A stretch of 40,772 bases of DNA from a virus. Position 1 is the first letter of the stretch. Every line of letters starts with the position of its first letter. The translations under genes were made by a program, and so were the position numbers. The DNA lies in UHGV virus genome UHGV-0354473; one strand, 5' to 3'. This document shows, in pieces, positions 7,792 to 15,609 of the stretch. The notes beneath the pieces were generated by a model. That model was not told where the DNA came from. It saw only the letters and a program-made list of their open reading frames with translations, and ran no database searches.

Positions 7792-8538
7792 TTAGCGGCG
7801 ACGGCGGCGCGGTCGCTCTTCTTCCTCGTCTTCGTCGTCCTCATCGCGGGGGCGGCGACGGCGGGGTTTTTCCTCATCCTCGTCCTCATCGCGGGACCGG
7901 CGGGACGGTTTCGGTTTGGACTTGCCGCGGCGTGGTGCGTCGTCTTCATCGTCGTCCAGGTCATCGTCATTGGCGCGCTCGCTGGAGCCACCGCCGCCGA
8001 ACGCTTCACCGTCTTCGACGAATTTTACGCCGAGCCAGTTACAGCGCAGACCTTTGCCGTTGTCGTTATTCTGGCCCCACAATTCGATCGACACGTTGGC
8101 GAAGCAGCCGCCGTAAGGGACTTTACCTTCAAGGTCGTTCCCTTCAAGGTCTTCTTCACCGTCTTGGGTTTCTTCGCCCAGGTCAGTTAGGATGCGAGGC
8201 TGTTTATACGACTTGGCACGGATCCAGATTTTATGCTCGTAATTTTCATCTTCCGTGTCGCGCTCGTCGCCGTCTTTGATGGCGCAATCTTTGGAGATAT
8301 TGCCCTCGAGACCGCTTTCACGTTTAAGCCATTTTTCGGCAGCCTTTTCAGATTTAAGCGCTTCCGTCATTACTGCCAACGCCGCTTCGTCCAGCTTGGC
8401 GATATTTTTGTGATCATCCTTGTCAACCAGAATTTCGACGCGATAAGCATCCTTTTCGCCAGCATTCTGTGCTTTCGCTTTCTCGGTGCCGTAGAACCAT
8501 GCGATGCGAACGTTTTTCAGATTTACCTTGATTCCCAT
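7792..8538 (-). CDS. Single-stranded DNA-binding protein, T7 gp2.5-like (DUF2815-like), with an unusual mixed-charge C-terminal tail
   Basis: OB-fold-like N-terminal region followed by an AFGGGG+acidic segment, as in gp2.5 (ATFGGGEDD). The C-terminus alternates DE and R blocks and is encoded by a tandem DNA repeat. Confidence 0.55.
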   Translation of the reverse strand: MGIKVNLKNVRIAWFYGTEKAKAQNAGEKDAYRVEILVDKDDHKNIAKLDEAALAVMTEALKSEKAAEKWLKRESGLEGNISKDCAIKDGDERDTEDENYEHKIWIRAKSYKQPRILTDLGEETQDGEEDLEGNDLEGKVPYGGCFANVSIELWGQNNDNGKGLRCNWLGVKFVEDGEAFGGGGSSERANDDDLDDDEDDAPRRGKSKPKPSRRSRDEDEDEEKPRRRRPRDEDDEDEEEERPRRRRR

Positions 8539-8617
8539 TTTTCGTTTCTCACTTTTTGCGATTCTCCCGGAAACCGCCGGGCCGGTATAAATACGTTAAT
8601 TTAGTTGGTTGCAGATG

Positions 8618-8869
8618 TCAATGATAAATGCCGGTGAATCTTTCCACCCACAAGATCCAAATGTTGGGCCAGTTCCAGTTATTGACCCAGCGCATAAGGC
8701 GACCGGCGCGAGTATCCTGCTCCATGATCTCGTCCGCATTCATCGTCCCTGAGTAGATGAACGCCAGCATGATAAACGGCATAGCTACCACCAGACACGG
8801 CGCGATAAGGGCCCACGATATAGCCATAGATATTACATAGGCTAATGCCTTCAACATGCGATAAATCAT
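8618..8869 (-). CDS. Small hydrophobic, Trp-rich membrane protein, 83 aa
   Basis: Two or three predicted TM segments. ATGA overlap with the upstream nuclease gene. Confidence 0.45.
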   Translation of the reverse strand: MIYRMLKALAYVISMAISWALIAPCLVVAMPFIMLAFIYSGTMNADEIMEQDTRAGRLMRWVNNWNWPNIWILWVERFTGIYH

Positions 8870-10191
8870 GATAAATCCTCATCGGATGCCTGTTTCCACT
8901 CGGCGCGCGGGTCGTCAGCTGCCGCTATTGTTGGCTTTCCCGGGGCGCGCTCGATAAGTTTCTCCAGGCGTCGCCAGATCCGCGGTTTCTCGGTCTTAAA
9001 GACTTTTTCCGCATCGGTTGGCGAGATCAGCGACTCTTTAAACATCATGTCGCGTTTGATGCGCGCGCCTTCCAGCATTTCGGTAACCTTCGCAGCGTCT
9101 GACCATTTACGGTTACCCTCGTTACCGGTCACCAGCTTATATCCCGGAACTGCGACGCCCGACAACAACGCCGCGTGCATCGCCTTTTCGATGGTAGCGA
9201 TGTGCTGGCGCAACTCCGGCAGCTTTTCATAGGCCGCTTTCAGCGCTTCCGGCGTCATTTCGTGGCTGTCGTCGCCCAGGTCGGCATCCGTTGCCGTTGC
9301 CCCACCCGTTTGGATGGCCGCTTTAGACCGGGCGTTGCATTTCTCGTTGAACCGGCACCACTGGCATGCGTCCGCCGACGGTTTGAAATGGCTGGCCTTG
9401 AGATTTTTCTTACCACCGTAGTACACGTCAAGCGCCTCGATCGCGCGCTTGCTGGCGAACTTGCGGAAGATGTCCAGTCCCTCTGGCGTGATGTCCCATT
9501 CTGACGGGCCACCGCAATAAGGCTGGAATATCGCCAGGCGCACCAGCGTAATGTCATACAGCCTGCGCAGCTTCGCCAGGATAGCCAGCGCGTACAGCAT
9601 AAGCTGTTTGTTCTCTTTCGCGTCTACCGCGTGGCGCCCGGTTTTCAGGTCGCCTACCAGCAGCATAAACGACCCGTCTGTGCGCGGGATAACGGCAACC
9701 AGATCCGCCGTGCCGAAAGTTTTTACAGGAGTTACTGCAGTATGCCCGCCGTTAAGTTCGCCAACGCCGACGTAGCCTGGGTGCAGTAACTTAGTAAGCT
9801 CGGCGCGCATCTCGATCTTCACGTACTCAGCGGATGAGATGATCCCGAGCGCATAATCGGTGTAGCGCTCGACCATGGTCACGAATTCATCGTTGATGAG
9901 TACCGCGCCAGCTGGCGGCTTGCCCGCCACCGCCTTAATCGGGCCTTTGCCTTCATTCAGGACGTAGACGCCCTTGTAATGCGCCGCTGTTACGGTTGTC
10001 TCGCCTTTAATATGCCGGTTTAAAAGGTCCTCGGATACCGCGTGCATCGCGGTCCCGTTAATGGCCGCCTGTCCGCTTTCGTTCGGGATGTCCTTCTCGC
10101 ACAGCAGGGACGCGCTACAGCCTAACCATTTTTTAGATCCGGACGGAGACAGCAAGGCGTGTTCGTGATTGCTGCCGCTTGCATTGGTCAT
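8866..10191 (-). CDS. PD-(D/E)XK nuclease, DUF2800 family (Cas4/RecB-like, C-terminal Cys cluster)
   Basis: N-terminal HALLSPSGSKKWLGCSAS is typical of DUF2800, and C-terminal CQWCRFNEKC resembles an Fe-S-type cluster. This family commonly travels with phage PolA. Confidence 0.7.
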   Translation of the reverse strand: MTNASGSNHEHALLSPSGSKKWLGCSASLLCEKDIPNESGQAAINGTAMHAVSEDLLNRHIKGETTVTAAHYKGVYVLNEGKGPIKAVAGKPPAGAVLINDEFVTMVERYTDYALGIISSAEYVKIEMRAELTKLLHPGYVGVGELNGGHTAVTPVKTFGTADLVAVIPRTDGSFMLLVGDLKTGRHAVDAKENKQLMLYALAILAKLRRLYDITLVRLAIFQPYCGGPSEWDITPEGLDIFRKFASKRAIEALDVYYGGKKNLKASHFKPSADACQWCRFNEKCNARSKAAIQTGGATATDADLGDDSHEMTPEALKAAYEKLPELRQHIATIEKAMHAALLSGVAVPGYKLVTGNEGNRKWSDAAKVTEMLEGARIKRDMMFKESLISPTDAEKVFKTEKPRIWRRLEKLIERAPGKPTIAAADDPRAEWKQASDEDLS

Positions 10192-10460
10192 TTTGTGTCC
10201 CCCATTTTAAAAGTGGCGGCCAGAGGTGTGCCGTTTGGTGACACGTAGAAATATAACGGCCACCATTTACCAAAACAGCGTAAAGGAAGGCGAAAGCACA
10301 CGTAACCCCAACGCTTGGTACGAATGTTAACCGCCCAATGCATCGCATTTTCCCCGTAAATGGTTAATGGGCCAAAGCTAATATGGCCGCCCATAAAATT
10401 TTCCCACCACGATAGCGACTTATATTTTTTACGGTTTAGTAGCGCGCGAAAAATCCACAT
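10188..10460 (-). CDS. Hypothetical 90-aa Trp-rich protein
   Basis: ATG at 10460 and coupled overlaps with neighbours. Confidence 0.45.
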   Translation of the reverse strand: MWIFRALLNRKKYKSLSWWENFMGGHISFGPLTIYGENAMHWAVNIRTKRWGYVCFRLPLRCFGKWWPLYFYVSPNGTPLAATFKMGDTK

Positions 10461-10721
10461 TTACACGGTCTCCCAGGTTGCGACCAGTGACGCCGATGCA
10501 TAATCGCAGTGAAGCGCGAACATCGACTGATCCTCGAATACGTAAAAATCAGGCTTAACCATGGTCACCTGCTTAATGCGGGCGGCCTGCGCGCCACGGT
10601 TACCTGGGGGCGGGCATTTGCCGAGGTAGGCGCATTCTTTCGTCTCGCCGTCTGTTCGCAGCAGCCAGAAGGCGATCACATTGTCGCGAGAGTCTCGGCC
10701 TTTCATAAGGGTATATTTCAT
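10461..10721 (-). CDS. Hypothetical 86-aa protein
   Basis: ATG at 10721 with ATGA overlap to the upstream gene. The track's GTG start at 10736 is less likely. Confidence 0.45.
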   Translation of the reverse strand: MKYTLMKGRDSRDNVIAFWLLRTDGETKECAYLGKCPPPGNRGAQAARIKQVTMVKPDFYVFEDQSMFALHCDYASASLVATWETV

Positions 10722-11416
10722 TTTGGCAGCCCACACAAAGCGTTTAAGGTATCCGGGGATAGCGCCACAGCGGCCGTTTGCTTTTTCGTCTCTGGCGGTA
10801 GGAATGGGAAGGCTTCAGGCCATTGTTCCCGTAACTGTTCGGAGGTGTTAACCCTAGCCAGATTAGATCGCATGGTCGCGCGCCATGAAATCACTTCATC
10901 AAACAAGGCGTTATATTCCGCATCAACTTTTGATATGCGCGCCTGTAACTTCTGGTCCGCCGGAAGCAATACGCGCGAGAACGGGACAAAATAACCCTCA
11001 TTTTCTAAAGGGTAGTCCTTACAGATCCACGACCCAAAGAAAGCACTTTCCCACAGGTATGACCCGCCGTGCCCTTGGACCCAGCGGCGATCATGCCCGT
11101 CAATATGCCGGTCGTGTACTTCGCCACCCATTCCGAAGTCTATTTCTATTGCGTGATATTTCTCTTTCGTCACTTCGGTGCATCCGACACGCGCGACAAT
11201 GAATTTATTGCCGAGGGAATTATTAACGCTTTCGATGTTGCCGCGGAACGCGCGGATTGATTCGTCGCTCGTCTTATCGGCGGCAAGGCATCGCTGGCGC
11301 ACAATCTCGACGATGTCGCGGCGCTCTTCCAGGCATGCGATGGCACGCAGGCCGAGTGGCGATTGTTTAAGCAAATTAGTGATCAGCACTTCTTTAATTT
11401 CTTTGGTAAGGCGCAT
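10718..11416 (-). CDS. Hypothetical 232-aa protein
   Basis: ATG at 11416 with AGGAGTAAACCGTT SD. It follows an internal terminator. Confidence 0.5.
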   Translation of the reverse strand: MRLTKEIKEVLITNLLKQSPLGLRAIACLEERRDIVEIVRQRCLAADKTSDESIRAFRGNIESVNNSLGNKFIVARVGCTEVTKEKYHAIEIDFGMGGEVHDRHIDGHDRRWVQGHGGSYLWESAFFGSWICKDYPLENEGYFVPFSRVLLPADQKLQARISKVDAEYNALFDEVISWRATMRSNLARVNTSEQLREQWPEAFPFLPPETKKQTAAVALSPDTLNALCGLPK

Positions 11417-11432
11417 AACGGTTTACTCCTGG

Positions 11433-11456
11433 TTAAAAGCCCCGGCGCGCCGGGGC
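11433..11456 (-). terminator. Intra-operon rho-independent terminator or attenuator (minus strand)
   Basis: GCCCCGGCG-CGCCGGGGC 9-bp-stem palindrome followed by TTTT on the minus strand, immediately after the stop of 11464..11940. Confidence 0.45.
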
Positions 11457-11463
11457 AGATCGG

Positions 11464-11940
11464 TTATTCAGCGTCGTAGAACTCTTCGATCAGCTCTTTC
11501 AGCGCGTCGTGGAATTCGTCCACCTGGTCGTCGTCCAGCTCTTTGACGTTCTTAACTTCGAAGTCTTCCAGCAGGTCGTCGAACTTATCCACCAGCGCGT
11601 CGGCGTCGTCATCGTCCAGACCGACTCCTTCTACGGCAACTTTAGCCATTTCGCCGATCGCTGCGCGCTTGTCGGTGCCTTTCTTGCTGCGGGTGGCCTT
11701 GGCCGGCGCTTCGGTTTTGCCGCCGCGTTTTTTGGTGGTAGTCTTCTCTTCCTGCTCGTCGTCTTCCGGTTCTTCCTTCTTGGCCGGAGCCTTACGGGTG
11801 CGGGTCGGTTTCTCTTCTGCCGGTTTAGCTTTCTCCGCAGAAACCTCGCTGGCGCCGCCTGTGGCCGGTGAAGAGTTAGCGGCGATCAGTTCATGGGCAA
11901 TAACAAAGCGCTCCAGCAGTGCGTAAAATTTCTCGATCAT
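11464..11940 (-). CDS. First leftward early gene: 158-aa protein with a lysine-rich centre and strongly acidic C-terminal helix region
   Basis: ATG at 11940 with AACGAGGA SD. The C-terminal 60 aa are about 45% D/E (DDDDADALVDKFDDLLEDFE...). This is a candidate DNA mimic or host-takeover factor. Confidence 0.55.
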   Translation of the reverse strand: MIEKFYALLERFVIAHELIAANSSPATGGASEVSAEKAKPAEEKPTRTRKAPAKKEEPEDDEQEEKTTTKKRGGKTEAPAKATRSKKGTDKRAAIGEMAKVAVEGVGLDDDDADALVDKFDDLLEDFEVKNVKELDDDQVDEFHDALKELIEEFYDAE

Positions 11941-11984
11941 GGTAAATCCTCGTTTAGTTAAGTTGGTTGCGTTTCGGCGATGTA

Positions 11985-12014
11985 ATAATATGTCCAGATA
12001 AATCAGGATTGCAA
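11985..12014 (-). promoter_or_regulatory. PL-like leftward promoter TTGCAA-18-TATTAT
   Basis: -35 at 12009-12014 and -10 (rc ATAATA) at 11985-11990. It drives 11940 leftward. Confidence 0.5.
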
Positions 12015-12081
12015 GCGCTTTTTCAAATTAAATTGCAGCACCGTTAAAATCAACGACTTAATGATAATCACCAGAGATCGC

Positions 12082-12109
12082 TTGATTATGTGCGGTTAGA
12101 TACTATAGT
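12082..12109 (+). promoter_or_regulatory. PR-like rightward promoter TTGATT-16-TATAGT
   Basis: -35 at 12082-12087 and -10 at 12104-12109, upstream of the Cro-like gene, which has an AAGAGG RBS. Confidence 0.5.
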
Positions 12110-12148
12110 ATTGCAGACGTCAACCTATTTACTAAGAGGATTCCTATA

Positions 12149-12385
12149 ATGGCTACAGCACGCCGTAACCCTTTCCAGCTCCGCGTCAATGCGCGGATGA
12201 AACACCTTGGCCTGCGGCAGCAGGATGTTGTAATGCGCGGGGGACTTTCGCAATCGGCTTTATCTTTCGTGCAGAACGGGCGAACCAGAAGCCTGAGTAT
12301 GGAGAACATCTTTCGCCTTGCGGACGCGCTGGAATGCGATCCGCGCTGGCTTGCGCTTGGGGAAGGCTCCCCGGATAAAAAATAA
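12149..12385 (+). CDS. HTH XRE/Cro-family transcriptional regulator, 78 aa
   Basis: LRQQDVVMRGGLSQSALSFVQNG is a helix-turn-helix of HTH_3 type. It is the first rightward gene in the divergent control region. Confidence 0.8.
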   Translation: MATARRNPFQLRVNARMKHLGLRQQDVVMRGGLSQSALSFVQNGRTRSLSMENIFRLADALECDPRWLALGEGSPDKK

Positions 12386-12450
12386 GCCTCATCCAAAACG
12401 GAGAGGCTTTACCAGAAGCGCGTTATAAATACCAGGAGTAAATATAAACA

Positions 12451-14751
12451 ATGCCACGGTTAAAATCAAAAATATCCTATTCGCTCGGCCGGCATAAAAC
12501 CGACAATCGACCCAAAGCCTTCCTATCCTCCTGGGATGAATTTCTCGCGGACCTTCTGGAGATTGGCTCCGATCCGGTCCTGGGCGTATCTATCAGCGGC
12601 AGCGAATCAGAAGAACGTTACGAAGAGCTGAAAGGGCGGTTGCCGTATGTCGCGGCGGAGTTTGCGAACAACCGGCGCAATAACCCTAACGTCGCGTCCC
12701 GCTCCCTGCTGTTTATCGACATCGACAAAGTATCCAGCAAAGAGATCCGCCGGGTGCGTCGCGCGCTGGAGGATGGCGGCTTTACTTTCTTCGCGTACTC
12801 TACCTGCGGCGACCGGCACGACCTGAAAGGCGGCATAAAGTCGCGGTCCTGGCGATTCATTATCCCCACGGATCGGCCGATGCTGGCGGACGAGATCTGG
12901 CCGTGCCAGCATAAATTCATCGATATGCTCGGGCTGACCGGCGCAAAAGGGATGGACGAAACTGCTTTCCAGCGCGCCCGCCTTATGTTCGCCCCGCACA
13001 TTGAGGCCGAGACCATCGACCACCGCGGCGCGCCCGCCAGCATCCGCCGGATCCTGCGCCACCGGTTCGACGTGCCGGACGAATCGGGCTCGACCAACTG
13101 GACCGACGAAGCGCTGGAGAACGCCAGCGAGAACAGCCAGGCTATCGCTGCGTGGTGCTGGGAGATGGGCCTTGAACCCCTATCCTCTGGCCGCGGCTTC
13201 GCCATACAGTGCCCGAACCACTATCAGCACAGCGACAACGACGGGACCGACGGCAGCACGGCGATCATGATGCCGGATGCGCTTCACCCCGAGGTTCGTT
13301 TCGCGTGCCAGCATGACCACTGCAAAAAGCACAACACCCACCAGCACATGATGCTGCGCCTTTGTGGCGTGCCGGACCAGTATTTGCCGGAAGCCCACAA
13401 TATCAGCAAAAAGCAGATCGCCGAACTGCTGCCGGATTTGCCCGAAGAAGAGGTGACATACGTCTACGAGGCCGAAGTAATGGCGGCGCTGGACGGTCCG
13501 TCCGCCGGTCAGTGTACCGACGAGGACCTGGACGACGACCCGGTTACCCTGTTCACCAAGCGCGATCCCATTATCGAGGGACTGATCAATTTCAAGTCCA
13601 CGTGGTACGCCGCCGGCGAGTCAAATATCGGTAAGTCGTTTTTCGTCCTCGGTCAGATGGCGGCTATTTCCGCCGGGATCCCGTTCGGCGGACGGCGTGT
13701 CGTGCGCGCGCACAACTTTTACTTCGATGCGGAAGGTGGAGAGACCAGCCAGCACCGTAAGCAGGCGCTGCAGAAGATGTATCAGGACGACCTGGACTGG
13801 CTGCATGTCATCGACCTGCAGGATAAAGGCATCGACATTACCGACGCGCGGGGCGTGAAAGAGGTATGCAAGATTATCCGTGACGCGGCCGGAGACGCCC
13901 CCGTTGGCTTGGTGGCCTTCGACTCGCTTAACCAGACCGTAGCCATGCGCAGCTCGGCTAAAAAGCCGTTCGATGAGAACTCCCCGACAGATATGGGGGA
14001 AATTGTCCGCGCGCTGAAACAGATCTCCGAGACCACCGGCGGCAGCGCGGGCGTTATCCACCACCCGGCGAAGTCGTCCTCGGGCCAGCGTACCGCCCGC
14101 GGCTCCGGCGCGCTGCATGGCGCCGTCGACTATGCCTACTTCATCGAGCAGCCGGACGAGACCAAACCGCACCAGATCAACCTGTATCACGAAAAAGCGC
14201 GTAACGGCGTCAAGCAGTCCCCCCGCGGCTTTGTCCTGCTGAAATGTAAAATCGACGTCCCCCAGGCGCACGCCGACCGGGTAGATGCGTACCTGTCCAC
14301 CGCCGCCGGCCCGGACTTTTCCGATCAGCTGTCCGGCTGGACGCCGAAACCGCTGGAGATGTCGCCGCGTGACGAAACGCTTTATCTGGTGCCGGTCGCC
14401 ATGGCGCCATTCGAATCGCCCGCTGCCGAAGTCGCCCGGGAAGCTGTTAAGTCTGCAGGCGGTGCCGGGCCAAAGAATAAAGCCGAGGAGGTGATGGTCG
14501 CCCAGCTTGAACTGCTGGAGGACAAGCCAGAGGGTTATTCGCCCTACGCCATCGGCACCGCAGGCGGAAACAAGTTCACCAGCGGCAACTATAAAAAAGT
14601 GCTGGAAGAACTGGTGCGACGACGGGTTTTAGTGCATGGCCGAAACCCGAATACAGGCGAAGTTTACAACCAACAATACAGGCTGCCGACTGGCTTGAAC
14701 GATTTCGACCCACCGGAATTGGTTGCAAGTGATGAAGACTTAAACTCGTAA
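12451..14751 (+). CDS. Primase-polymerase (AEP-type)/helicase (RecA-like AAA_25) fusion replication protein with zinc motif and C-terminal extension
   Basis: N-terminal LLFIDID (DxD) and FAYSTCG..H motifs, a central Cys/His cluster (CPNHYQH...CQHDHC), Walker A GESNIGKS and Walker B LVAFDSL. Confidence 0.85.
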   Translation: MPRLKSKISYSLGRHKTDNRPKAFLSSWDEFLADLLEIGSDPVLGVSISGSESEERYEELKGRLPYVAAEFANNRRNNPNVASRSLLFIDIDKVSSKEIRRVRRALEDGGFTFFAYSTCGDRHDLKGGIKSRSWRFIIPTDRPMLADEIWPCQHKFIDMLGLTGAKGMDETAFQRARLMFAPHIEAETIDHRGAPASIRRILRHRFDVPDESGSTNWTDEALENASENSQAIAAWCWEMGLEPLSSGRGFAIQCPNHYQHSDNDGTDGSTAIMMPDALHPEVRFACQHDHCKKHNTHQHMMLRLCGVPDQYLPEAHNISKKQIAELLPDLPEEEVTYVYEAEVMAALDGPSAGQCTDEDLDDDPVTLFTKRDPIIEGLINFKSTWYAAGESNIGKSFFVLGQMAAISAGIPFGGRRVVRAHNFYFDAEGGETSQHRKQALQKMYQDDLDWLHVIDLQDKGIDITDARGVKEVCKIIRDAAGDAPVGLVAFDSLNQTVAMRSSAKKPFDENSPTDMGEIVRALKQISETTGGSAGVIHHPAKSSSGQRTARGSGALHGAVDYAYFIEQPDETKPHQINLYHEKARNGVKQSPRGFVLLKCKIDVPQAHADRVDAYLSTAAGPDFSDQLSGWTPKPLEMSPRDETLYLVPVAMAPFESPAAEVAREAVKSAGGAGPKNKAEEVMVAQLELLEDKPEGYSPYAIGTAGGNKFTSGNYKKVLEELVRRRVLVHGRNPNTGEVYNQQYRLPTGLNDFDPPELVASDEDLNS

Positions 14752-15055
14752 AATAATACGTGTTGCGAGTCTTGCGAATCGACTCGCAAGACTCGCAAAA
14801 TTTTGCGAATGAAATTGCGAGTAATGTTTTCAATAACTTAGGTGCTTTTTGTTGGTTTTCGCAAAAATGGATTGCGAGTCGGTAGGTAAGTGATTGATTT
14901 GGTGGGGGATTTTGTCTCGCAAAGTGAGTCGATCACGTTATTGCGTCTCAGGCGAGCTGCCCTTTGGCGGGCGTCGCCAAGAGAACGCAGTGATCGTATC
15001 ATATTTTTTGCGAGTTTGCAATAGCTGGAATGTAAATATCACGGCAGCAAGTACC
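14745..15055. repeat. Non-coding regulatory module copy 1: ACTCGCAA iterons (six or more), a GATC-flanked GC hairpin and a conserved TGATCGTATCAT-TTTTTGCGAG...TGTAAA core. Homologous to 24240-24530.
   Basis: Similarity to copy 2 starts at the last codons of the upstream gene (AACTCGTAA). The 42-bp iteron block 14781-14822 differs by 2 bp from 24267-24308. Confidence 0.7.
14763..14798. repeat. 36-bp near-perfect palindrome TTGCGAGTCTTGCGAATC|GACTCGCAAGACTCGCAA, made of four ACTCGCAA/TTGCGAGT half-sites
   Basis: 15-bp perfect inverted arms with a single mismatch in the full 18+18 alignment. Confidence 0.8.
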
Positions 15056-15304
15056 TGATACGGGGTGGCGGGATAATTTTTCTGGTTGGTTGCGGTGATT
15101 CTGGCAGCGGGTTACGTTGGATTTAGTGTCGGTAATGGGTGGTAACCTATATGGCTAATAGGCTCTCGTATAGCAGGTCTGGCGGGCATTGGGGATGGCG
15201 GGCTCTATTAAGATTAGTCCTAGCGAAATCCGCACTCCACGCGCACAAGTAGGCTAGTAGACTACCATACCAGTTACCGCGGCCCTTATTTTTGCTATCC
15301 GGTA

Positions 15305-15334
15305 TTGCAACCAACATTGATTTAGACATATACT
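15305..15334 (+). promoter_or_regulatory. Rightward promoter TTGCAA-18-TATACT for the early small-gene operon
   Basis: -35 is the first hexamer of the TTGCAACCAACA element (15305-15316). -10 is at 15329-15334, and the first gene has a GAGGAG RBS. Confidence 0.5.
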
Positions 15335-15364
15335 CAGAGGACCGAAACGAGAGGAGCAAATATC

Positions 15365-15607
15365 ATGTTTAAGAAAGGCCAGGTGTGGCGGGCAAACGCA
15401 AGCGGGAACACCTATCTTGTATTGAGCGTACCGAATATCCACAGAGCCACCGTAGTGCGTATGACAGGTCCGGCAGAAGGGCAAAAAGGGTGGATTGGCG
15501 TAAACGCAGCCCAACGTCGCTACACGTTAATCGGCAACAACTACCAGGAGCGCCCGACACGCAAAGCTCTACCCGAGCAACGCGGTTGCCGCAAAGAGGA
15601 TTGTTAA
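15365..15607 (+). CDS. Hypothetical 80-aa protein
   Basis: ATG with GAGGAG SD. It is the first gene after the long non-coding region. Confidence 0.5.
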   Translation: MFKKGQVWRANASGNTYLVLSVPNIHRATVVRMTGPAEGQKGWIGVNAAQRRYTLIGNNYQERPTRKALPEQRGCRKEDC

Positions 15608-15609
15608 CA

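Noticed and set aside
7731-8279. Several plus-strand ORFs (7731-8279, 7786-8190, 7916-8116) overlapping the SSB gene
   Set aside because: They mirror the repetitive acidic/Arg tail-coding region and are poly-Ala/Arg/Ser artefacts. The minus-strand SSB ORF has a coherent domain structure.
12386-12430. Hairpin AAGCCTC...GAGGCTT after the Cro-like gene as a terminator
   Set aside because: A 7-bp stem with an 11-nt loop and no T-run. At most it is a weak attenuator before the primase gene.
12607-13205. Minus-strand ORFs of 151 and 195 aa inside the primase-helicase gene
   Set aside because: Antisense to a gene with clear catalytic motifs, with typical high-GC open-frame noise.
15151-15252. 33-aa plus-strand ORF with a GGGTGG SD-like sequence (MANRLSYSRSGGHWGWRALLRLVLAKSALHAHK)
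   Set aside because: SD-like G-runs are abundant in this G-rich segment. There is no coupling or conservation evidence, so it was kept only as a remote possibility.
15147-15514. Minus-strand ORFs 15147..15359 and 15254..15514 in the long non-coding region
   Set aside because: They overlap promoter and RBS elements of the rightward operon and each other, have no SD, and have odd composition. The region is better explained as regulatory or ncRNA.
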